Origin: a virus
Direction: 5' to 3' (one strand)
IMG/VR virus record: IMGVR_UViG_3300012919_000005
Location: 11,529 to 75,528 of that record
DNA length: 64,000 nucleotides
Position 1 is the stretch's first letter; each line of letters starts with the position of its first letter. Shown here in pieces: positions 56,478-64,000 of this stretch. The notes beneath the pieces are model-generated. The model was not told the DNA's origin, did no database searches, and worked only from the letters and a program-made list of their open reading frames with translations. The position numbers were made by a program, and so were the translations under genes.

Positions 56478-57437
56478 ATGAGTTTATTAAAAGAAAGAAA
56501 CTATTATAAACCTTTCAGTTATTCTTGGGCATTTGAGAATTATAAAAAACAACAACAAATGCATTGGTTACCAGATGAAGTACCTTTACAAGATGACATT
56601 AAGGACTATAATGAAAAATTATCAGAAGATGAAAGACTGTTATTAGATAATATATTTCGGTTTTTCACTCAGGCAGATGTAGATGTGTGTGGAGGCTATG
56701 CCCACCATTATTTACCTACATTTAAACAACCAGAAGTAAGAATGATGTTAGTTGCATTTGCTGCAATGGAAGCAGTGCATCAAGAAGCATACTCTTTACT
56801 TTTAGAAACTCTTGGAAAAGATGAAGATATCTATAAAGAGTTTATGGACATAGCAGCTATGGTAGAAAAACATGAGTATCTAACAGATTTTAATATGGAT
56901 ACTCCACATGAGATGGCAAAGACCATGGCAGTTTATAGTGGAATGACAGAAGGAGTGCAACTATTTAGTAGTTTTGCAATTCTTCTTAATTATCCAAGAC
57001 ATGGATTAATGAAAGGAATGGGACAGATTGTTACATGGTCAATAAGAGACGAAAGTCTACATGTAGAAGGTCTATCCAAACTTTTCAGAACGTTTATTGC
57101 AGAAAACCCAGAATTATGGACAGATAAGTTAAAATATGAAATTTACTGTGCAGCTGAAAGAACTGTAGAACTAGAAGACAAATTTATTGATGTCTGCTTT
57201 GCAAAAGCAAATGTTCCAGATTTAACAGCAAAAGAGGTAAAAGAATATATTCGTTATATTGCGGATAGAAGATTACTAGGACTAGGAATGAAGAAAATAT
57301 TCCACAGTACTGAAAATCCTTTACCATGGATTGATATGCAAGTTAATGCAGTTGAGCATACCAACTTTTTTGAAAATCGTGCTACAGAGTATGCTAAGAG
57401 TAGTACCCAAGGAAATTGGCAAGATATATTTATTTAG
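56478..57437 (+). CDS. nrdB: Ribonucleotide reductase class I beta subunit
   Basis: HWLPDEV, EAVHQEAY, EGVQLFSSF, RDESLH, NFFENRATEY. Confidence 0.95.
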   Translation: MSLLKERNYYKPFSYSWAFENYKKQQQMHWLPDEVPLQDDIKDYNEKLSEDERLLLDNIFRFFTQADVDVCGGYAHHYLPTFKQPEVRMMLVAFAAMEAVHQEAYSLLLETLGKDEDIYKEFMDIAAMVEKHEYLTDFNMDTPHEMAKTMAVYSGMTEGVQLFSSFAILLNYPRHGLMKGMGQIVTWSIRDESLHVEGLSKLFRTFIAENPELWTDKLKYEIYCAAERTVELEDKFIDVCFAKANVPDLTAKEVKEYIRYIADRRLLGLGMKKIFHSTENPLPWIDMQVNAVEHTNFFENRATEYAKSSTQGNWQDIFI

Positions 57438-57446
57438 GAGAACATT

Positions 57447-57713
57447 ATGTCGACAGAAAATATAGCTCCTCAAGTAGGACAACAGGAAGAGCCTGTTTTA
57501 ATGCTTGATGATAAAAAATATGTCATTTCAGAGTTAAATGATGAAGCAAAATATTATGTTGCTTGTTTGAATAATCTAGGCGCAAAAAGACAAAATTTGC
57601 AAATGGAATTAGACCAAGTAACTATTGCATCAGAAGGGTTTACCAGCAGACTAAAAGAAGTTGTTGATAAACCTCAGGAAGAACCTGAAGTGGTAGAGGC
57701 CGAAGAGGCCTAA
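57447..57713 (+). CDS. Hypothetical acidic protein
   Basis: AGGAG RBS; last plus-strand gene. Confidence 0.6.
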   Translation: MSTENIAPQVGQQEEPVLMLDDKKYVISELNDEAKYYVACLNNLGAKRQNLQMELDQVTIASEGFTSRLKEVVDKPQEEPEVVEAEEA

Positions 57714-57745
57714 AAAGAAAGAGGGGCGTTAAGCCCCTTTTTTAT
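57712..57745. terminator. Bidirectional terminator between convergent early and late blocks
   Basis: A tract-AGGGGC-gttaa-GCCCCT-T tract. Confidence 0.8.
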
Positions 57746-59007
57746 ATTTCAGAATCTACTAGGACACCATTGGCATAAAAGTTGCCTAGTGATGTTTTAA
57801 TTGCATAGGTTCTATGAGTGCCAGAATAAGCTTCTATCGAGGTTACTGTCTCTAAGCTTCCATCTTTCTTCATTAATTTATTCCCTACTACTATTTCAGT
57901 AGAATCTTTTTCATAGTTTTCTTTTGCTTTTGTCGGATTGACAGAAACAGGTGTGTAGTTTTCAGTATACAGTATGTGATCGTCAGTTAGCATTATATTA
58001 TTTATTTTATAAAGAGTATCATGCTCTACAACTTTTATTTCCCATATGTCTACAAGTTCATCTTGATTTGTGTCTTTATTCCAAGACCATATTTTTGGTG
58101 GTGCTTTATCAATAATATCATCAATAGTCATATTACCTCTTTGTGTAGAAACCAACATATCTTCATGTATACAGAAGCCTTCACCACCACCGCCTCCAGG
58201 CCCTCCGGTACCACGAGTTGCTGATAAATATACGGATCTAGGAGTTCCAGATATCGCATTTGCTCCACTACTATTCGAAGCAACTGTCCAATCAGGATTT
58301 GAATTACTTCCCCCAAAACTAGTTATACTTCTTGTACCAGCCCCACTATTTACAGTACACGACCATTGCCATGTAGGACTATAATTAGAAGTACTTATTG
58401 CTGTATAAGTATTTGTTGCAGGAGAGCCAGAAGAGGGATTTTCTGCAGTTCCTACAAATCCCGTTGTTGAAGTTGCGTATTCACATTTTGCATAAAAAGT
58501 ATTTGTCGCAAAACCATCATAACCTACATATGCATAGCTATAAGATGATGCAGCTGCTTGAGTATAAGTAGTCCATCTCATTGCAATTCTATCATTTGAT
58601 TGATCGTTCTGAAACCCACAATTACACCCAGCTTGTGCAAAGAAAGCATTACTCGTAGTTGCACTACCCCATTGAAATGGAGCATCTCCACCGAGTCCAC
58701 CAACTTGAAACCAGCTATCTTCTCCAGAACCTGGAAAGGCATCTGTTACTTCATCATGATTGTATCCACGAAACTCAGACATTGCATATGGACTATTTAT
58801 TAAGTTTGCTCCACCTGAAGCAGTACTTGCATAACTTGTGTTTAAATTTATATTACCACCAGACGCAGTATCACTATATGAATTACTTGACAAGCCTCTT
58901 AAACTGAGACCAGTCTCGCCGTCCATATTTGATGCACCATAGTCATCTTCATTCTTTTCAGAAAAGATTCCTTTCATGCTTATTGATCCACTGCTAGGTA
59001 CTGCCAT
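57742..59007 (-). CDS. Tail-associated protein with a C-terminal Hint domain
   Basis: MAVPSSGSISM N-terminus; Gly linker then CIHEDMLV...LTDDH...NFYANGVLV Hint motifs. Confidence 0.7.
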   Translation of the reverse strand: MAVPSSGSISMKGIFSEKNEDDYGASNMDGETGLSLRGLSSNSYSDTASGGNINLNTSYASTASGGANLINSPYAMSEFRGYNHDEVTDAFPGSGEDSWFQVGGLGGDAPFQWGSATTSNAFFAQAGCNCGFQNDQSNDRIAMRWTTYTQAAASSYSYAYVGYDGFATNTFYAKCEYATSTTGFVGTAENPSSGSPATNTYTAISTSNYSPTWQWSCTVNSGAGTRSITSFGGSNSNPDWTVASNSSGANAISGTPRSVYLSATRGTGGPGGGGGEGFCIHEDMLVSTQRGNMTIDDIIDKAPPKIWSWNKDTNQDELVDIWEIKVVEHDTLYKINNIMLTDDHILYTENYTPVSVNPTKAKENYEKDSTEIVVGNKLMKKDGSLETVTSIEAYSGTHRTYAIKTSLGNFYANGVLVDSEI

Positions 59008-59010
59008 ATC

Positions 59011-59277
59011 TTAGGCCCAAACTGCCGCACACACTGTTTTTACAAGTGCGTCTTCGCTTGAATAATCTGTGTTTGCTCCATCGTCAGCAACTAATTTAGT
59101 TATATTTTTCACTCTTGTAGCAGTTACAGGTAAATCTGCATCACCACTATCATCTAGAGTGTCTTCGTATACAACCATTACTCTTTCATGCGCATCCATT
59201 TTTGTAGCTTCTGCTGTACTATCAATTGGTGGGTAAACTTCAATTCTACCTACCTTTGTTGTTTTTGTTATTGCCAT
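59011..59277 (-). CDS. Small tail-fibre-associated hypothetical protein
   Basis: MAITK...EDALVKTVCAAVW; AGGAG RBS. Confidence 0.6.
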   Translation of the reverse strand: MAITKTTKVGRIEVYPPIDSTAEATKMDAHERVMVVYEDTLDDSGDADLPVTATRVKNITKLVADDGANTDYSSEDALVKTVCAAVWA

Positions 59278-59304
59278 AATATTTCTCCTTTATTGGCTTG
59301 CTTC

Positions 59305-59592
59305 TTATGAAGCGGGTACTTCAATTACTCCTAGAGCAATTTTATTTTCGACTCCCATCGCAACTTCTGCACATCTTGCTTTTGTAGCTGTATCATCGTA
59401 GTTTCCACTACCATCAAAGCATACATTTACATATCGTGTATGAGTTACATCAGGGCTATCACTTTTAAATTCAACTTCGATGTCAGTAACATCAGCAGTT
59501 GTATCAATTGTTTTTCCTTCGTTCTCTGGATCAGGGGTTTTTGTAGTCCTTTTTCCAGTGAAAGTTTCTTTTAGCGTATAAGTTACTGCCAT
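59305..59592 (-). CDS. Small tail-fibre-associated hypothetical protein
   Basis: Follows the fibre gene; AGGAG RBS. Confidence 0.6.
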   Translation of the reverse strand: MAVTYTLKETFTGKRTTKTPDPENEGKTIDTTADVTDIEVEFKSDSPDVTHTRYVNVCFDGSGNYDDTATKARCAEVAMGVENKIALGVIEVPAS

Positions 59593-59593
59593 T

Positions 59594-62500
59594 TTATTTC
59601 TCCTTCTTTTCTAGATCGTTAATTCGATCGGTTAGTTTATTAATTGTTTCTTGTTGTTCTTTTATTGCCTCTACAAGTAGTCCTACCATATTACCATAAG
59701 CTACTGTTTTAATATCAGTATCTTTATCATGTAGAACAACTTCAGGTAAGACTTTTTCTACTTCTTGTGCTATTACTCCAGTATGTTTTCTTTCATCTTC
59801 TAAATCATTTCTAGTAAAAGTTACTCCTCTTATTTGTTTTACTTTTTCTATTGGATTTTCGATTACTTTTATGTTGTCTTTCAACTTTTCATCTGAGAAA
59901 GCCACTACATCTCCAGTAACAGTTAGATTACTACTAGTATCTAGTGTCATTCTTATAGTACCGTTACCACTTCCACTTGTAAATTGTAAATTACCTGCCG
60001 CATTTGTTTGGTTATTTGGTGATTCATATATCTGCCACAGACTACCACCATTCCACTTAATACCTTCTTGAACTCCAGGGTCATTAAAAGATAAATCATT
60101 TAGATTAGTAATAGAAAAGTTTTGCATATTAATACTAGCAGTTGCAGTTGTTCTTGCAAAAGATGAAGCATGTAGTCCATCAAGTAAATCTGCATCTAAT
60201 CCTGAACCTGCTCCGTCATTAGCTGCGTGCCACATTAAGTTTCCACTAGCATATAGTAAGGTTTTATTAAAATAGAAATTACTTCTATCAGTATAAATAT
60301 GAGCATGACTTGTGTTTGCTGGGCCAATCTGTATATATCCATGAGCTGTCTGATTTTTTATCCAATCTCCAGTTGTTCTGTTACCGTAGTTACTTGGATA
60401 GTAAGTCCAGTCATTAAAATATACTTGGTTTCCAGAATATGGATAAGAAAATACTTCATACCTAGTTCCAGCATTAATTCTGTAGAATGTAACATAATCA
60501 TTTGTTTCGCCTGATGCGAATGCTGGAGAGCCGTCTCCATTGTATGACATTCCTCCACCATGACTTCCATTGTCTTGTGAAACTTCAAATGCTCCAGTAC
60601 CTTGTCCATCTCCTCCAGCTCTTACTATGGCTTCACCAGCATTATCACATTTAACATTTAATAAAGTATTTGTTCCAGAATCTAAAACTAGATTTCCAGT
60701 CATTGTTCCACCAGCAAGTGGTAGTTTATTTGTTATGGCACCGTTTGATGCTGTAATGTAACCAGCTCCATTTGTTAGCTGATTATTATTTGTTGGTATT
60801 GTTGGTGTGTTTGCTATAGTATTATAATTAATATGTGGACTAATTGAAACTCCAAAGTTTGCAGGAGTTTGGTATCTTATATAGCCATCTTGTGAACAAT
60901 AAATTCTTTGCAAAGTGCTTGAAGTTGCTCCAGATGTAGTATTAATCCACCCTAACATTGTATACCCATTGTTTTGAGTTCTTATTATTTGATTCGCAGT
61001 GTTCTGAGTACCTTGAGTATTATGTAGCTCTAAACCATCAAGCGTATCGGCATCTAATCCTGAACCTGATCCGTCGTTACCTGCATTCCAAACTACATTT
61101 GTACCAACATAATGTTGACCAGTAGAACTTATAACACCATTACTTCCACCAAGAAAAACTCTTGCGTCGCCATCGGCAGCAACATACATTCCCCAACCAG
61201 AAACTCCTGTACCCCCATAAAAAGATGCATCAGAGTGACTGTAGCCAATACCATACATATTACTTAATGCAGACTCGCCTGGATTGTAACTTGAACCAAT
61301 TGTATAAATTGGATTTGATTTAGTACTATTTCCACCTACATTATTGTATGAACCTTCTAAATGACCTGAGTTATGGTTCGATCTCATTAAGACATATCCA
61401 GATTCTAGTTGAATATCTCTTGTGCTAAACTTACCTGCTCCATTAATACTCCAGCCTGTACCATCAAGGACATTGGCTCGGAAGTGTATATTGTCTCCAC
61501 TACTGTCACCTATATATTGATTAGTTGCATAGTTATAGTAGTTAGTTACAGAGTTTTGTATGTAAAAATCGCCATTTGCAAAGGCAGTTCTACCATTTGT
61601 GTCACTAAAGAAGTAACCATCGTTACTACCTGCTCCTATATATAAGTTGCCTTCTACTGCTAGATTGTTAGTAAAAGTTTCTGCAATATCAGTTCTCGCA
61701 AGATTAGCTAATTGAACACCATCAACTGTATCAGCATCTAAGCCACTGCCTGCACCATCATTGCCTGCATGCCAGACAAGATTTGATGTACCTTGATAAA
61801 TTCCTGTACTATTAATTTTTGCCCAGTTACTTGTTCCACCATCACCAAAATTAATTGGTCCGTTTGCTGCTGGAGATAATTCTATTCTTGCTTGAGCACT
61901 TCGTAATGTAAGTCCCCAGTAAAAAGCAATCTGAGCTTTGTTATATCCTGAACCATTATATCCTGGTACATTTGTTCGACCTATACCATACCAAGGTGAA
62001 TCGTTATAGGCGTCTGTAAATGAGGTTGTTCCGTTAGCGATTAGTAACTTGTTATTGTAGAGGTATTGTAAATTTAGGTAATTTGCCGCTGACTGGGCAC
62101 CATTATCTTGTGCATCACTTCTTAAGAATGAGGAACCTTGTACACCGTCAAGAAGATCGGCGTCTAGTCCTGAACCAGAGCCGTCATTACCACTATCCCA
62201 GACTTTTCTCCAACCAGAGTATTCGTCATTATTCCAACCATTTTGTATAAATAAACTTCCAGTATGGGGTGCATACATTTTAAATGTAGAATTATCTAAT
62301 TGCCAAGATAGTACCCCACCATACCCATATGCGCCTGTAGGATAGTTAGAGTGACTACCGCCAGTTATATTTTGTACTTCATATACACCCATGTGTCCAT
62401 CAGTCTGACTGAAAATAGTATCCCAGTTTCCAGAAACTACACCTTTATAATGCATTAGGAAATCTTTGTGTTTACCGTCAACAGTATCAGCGTCTAAACC

Positions 62501-64000
62501 TGAGCCAGAACCGTCATTTGCTGAGTGCCAAATTAGTCCAGCTTCATCGCCTTTATATAAGTTCCCATTAGATTTACATTTTAATAACCAAGCAGCACTA
62601 TTATTTAATATACCTATATCATTATCAGATTCTGCATAAAAATACCCCATTACAGTATTAGAATTGTTTGACATTGCTAGTCTAGAGGTAGTTGAATTTC
62701 CACTTCTATGAAACCACCCATTTGTACCATTTGCATACCAATGAGGTCCGTAAGTAGAAGAATAAAGTCCTGCGCTTCCAACATCTATCCAGTTTTGCAT
62801 GTACAGGTAACCGTTTGAATGTGTTCTTAATATTTGATTAGAACCTGCTGAACCAGTTGCACTTTTAGGTTGCATACCGTCTAGGGTGTCAGCGTCTAAT
62901 CCAGAACCTGCACCGTCATTACCTGCGTCCCAAACAGTATTACTATTTCGCGTTAAAGTACCAGAACCACTTGTTGCAACATTTACACCACCATAAACAG
63001 ATAATCCACCAGAAGGAGCTGCCGTACTACTATGTCCCCAACCAGCCGGACTTCCAATATGAACTCTTTCATACATCTGTATAAAATCACCAGTCTGTGA
63101 TCCGAGGGCTGCACCTCTGATACCAGTAAGTTCGACACTTTCCGCGGCTGTAAAAGTAATTTTACCACTCGCAGTATCATTTGCATTACTTCTTAAGAAT
63201 TGTCCTTCAAATGCTCCAATAGTAGTTGAGTCTAACGAAGCTACATTTGCAAGTTGTCTTGCATTGGTAAAAACAGTTGTTCCGTCTATTTGTAGTGATT
63301 CAAGCACATTAAAAGCTCTGTCATGAGTTGTAATATATGCTTTTGTTATACTACCATAAAATCCTGTTAGCTGTATGCCTCCAATTGTAATACTATTCGA
63401 TGCATGTGACCATGTAGGCACAATACGAATTCTAAAATTATTTCTATAAGATGAGCCTACACCAAAAGAAACTTTTGTTACAGTTTCTCCCGGCCAACTA
63501 CCAACACCTGATATAGTTGTTTCAGTTGTATAACCACTCTCATACCCATTTGTTATTGATTCTTTTGTTTCTAGATAAATTGCCATAGTATTACCATTTG
63601 TACTATGTTGCATTCTAAATTTTCCTGGGAAAGAATATCCTAAGTTTGCTCCAAAGTCAATTACAAATTCTTGATAACTTTGAGATAGTGTAAGACCTCC
63701 ATACTGATGAGCATAATTTCCATCTAATACTCCGTCGCAGTTTCCTAAATTTGTCCAGGAACTACCATTGTATCCCCAAAGTGTTGCGTCTTTATATCTA
63801 AGAAAATCACCAATTGGTCCGTTATTAGAATGATCTGCGTCTCCCCAGCCTTGTAAAAAGTAAGAGCCTTGTAAGTTTGAGCCACTAGTATGACTATCTA
63901 TTATATCACTCGCACCACTTCTTAAGAATGCTGTAGAGTTTAATCCATCAAGTGTATCAGCATCTAACCCACTACCAGAACCATCATTACCTGCATGCCA
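59594..64000 (-). CDS. Long tail fibre with a C-terminal peptidase S74 intramolecular chaperone (5' end outside the window)
   Basis: Frame appears open to 64000 (WHAGNDGSGSGLDADTLDG in frame at the edge); repeated GSGLDAD junctions; FSDEKLKDNI...GVIAQEVEKVLPE...VEAIKEQQ. Confidence 0.88.
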   Translation of the reverse strand, partial: WHAGNDGSGSGLDADTLDGLNSTAFLRSGASDIIDSHTSGSNLQGSYFLQGWGDADHSNNGPIGDFLRYKDATLWGYNGSSWTNLGNCDGVLDGNYAHQYGGLTLSQSYQEFVIDFGANLGYSFPGKFRMQHSTNGNTMAIYLETKESITNGYESGYTTETTISGVGSWPGETVTKVSFGVGSSYRNNFRIRIVPTWSHASNSITIGGIQLTGFYGSITKAYITTHDRAFNVLESLQIDGTTVFTNARQLANVASLDSTTIGAFEGQFLRSNANDTASGKITFTAAESVELTGIRGAALGSQTGDFIQMYERVHIGSPAGWGHSSTAAPSGGLSVYGGVNVATSGSGTLTRNSNTVWDAGNDGAGSGLDADTLDGMQPKSATGSAGSNQILRTHSNGYLYMQNWIDVGSAGLYSSTYGPHWYANGTNGWFHRSGNSTTSRLAMSNNSNTVMGYFYAESDNDIGILNNSAAWLLKCKSNGNLYKGDEAGLIWHSANDGSGSGLDADTVDGKHKDFLMHYKGVVSGNWDTIFSQTDGHMGVYEVQNITGGSHSNYPTGAYGYGGVLSWQLDNSTFKMYAPHTGSLFIQNGWNNDEYSGWRKVWDSGNDGSGSGLDADLLDGVQGSSFLRSDAQDNGAQSAANYLNLQYLYNNKLLIANGTTSFTDAYNDSPWYGIGRTNVPGYNGSGYNKAQIAFYWGLTLRSAQARIELSPAANGPINFGDGGTSNWAKINSTGIYQGTSNLVWHAGNDGAGSGLDADTVDGVQLANLARTDIAETFTNNLAVEGNLYIGAGSNDGYFFSDTNGRTAFANGDFYIQNSVTNYYNYATNQYIGDSSGDNIHFRANVLDGTGWSINGAGKFSTRDIQLESGYVLMRSNHNSGHLEGSYNNVGGNSTKSNPIYTIGSSYNPGESALSNMYGIGYSHSDASFYGGTGVSGWGMYVAADGDARVFLGGSNGVISSTGQHYVGTNVVWNAGNDGSGSGLDADTLDGLELHNTQGTQNTANQIIRTQNNGYTMLGWINTTSGATSSTLQRIYCSQDGYIRYQTPANFGVSISPHINYNTIANTPTIPTNNNQLTNGAGYITASNGAITNKLPLAGGTMTGNLVLDSGTNTLLNVKCDNAGEAIVRAGGDGQGTGAFEVSQDNGSHGGGMSYNGDGSPAFASGETNDYVTFYRINAGTRYEVFSYPYSGNQVYFNDWTYYPSNYGNRTTGDWIKNQTAHGYIQIGPANTSHAHIYTDRSNFYFNKTLLYASGNLMWHAANDGAGSGLDADLLDGLHASSFARTTATASINMQNFSITNLNDLSFNDPGVQEGIKWNGGSLWQIYESPNNQTNAAGNLQFTSGSGNGTIRMTLDTSSNLTVTGDVVAFSDEKLKDNIKVIENPIEKVKQIRGVTFTRNDLEDERKHTGVIAQEVEKVLPEVVLHDKDTDIKTVAYGNMVGLLVEAIKEQQETINKLTDRINDLEKKEK

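Noticed and set aside
57742-58180. Canonical splicing intein
   Set aside because: The domain is at the extreme C-terminus with no C-extein and no terminal His-Asn
1-64000. tRNA genes, CRISPR arrays, integrase, transposase, reverse transcriptase
   Set aside because: No cloverleaf, regular repeat-spacer array or relevant protein motifs seen by eye; tRNAscan-SE and ARAGORN were not run

Overview
This is a 64-kb segment of an AT-rich, T5-like siphovirus genome (Demerecviridae-like gene order). The host is probably a marine Gram-negative proteobacterium, inferred from spanins, csgF/csgG, iscU/iscA, rpsU, hsp20 and cytochrome c. (1) 1-19.7 kb, minus strand: late morphogenesis genes in T5 order (tail chaperones with a -1 frameshift, tail tube, tail terminator, tail and head completion, fused prohead protease-major capsid protein, portal, HNH nickase, TerL). 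A ~9-kb accessory island sits between TerL and TerS and carries basic microproteins, a CHASE2 adenylate cyclase, FecR, a curlin-like protein, CsgG, CsgF, IscA and IscU. (2) 19.7-26.1 kb: probable genome end / first-step-transfer region with a DEDDh exonuclease, a HAD phosphatase and an A2-like protein. It also has a GC-rich repeat zone with opposing consensus sigma70 promoters and several promoter-driven non-coding transcription units, including a ~800-nt highly structured RNA candidate. (3) 26-57.7 kb, plus strand: early, lysis and replication genes (MazG, Hsp20, endolysin, spanins, DenV-like, glutaredoxin, D2/D3/D5-like, split NAD ligase, helicase, primase, PolA, cytochrome c, DoxX, D10-D15-like, AhpC, NrdAB), plus a short minus-strand unit with bS21. 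(4) 57.7-64 kb, minus strand: a Hint-domain tail protein and a long repeat-built tail fibre with an S74 chaperone, truncated by the window edge. The main candidates for new biology are the large ncRNA and its ncRNA cluster, the curli-FecR-adenylate cyclase module, and the near-absence of GATC in the early half of the genome. All calls come from reading the sequence and recalling protein families; no searches or folding programs were run.
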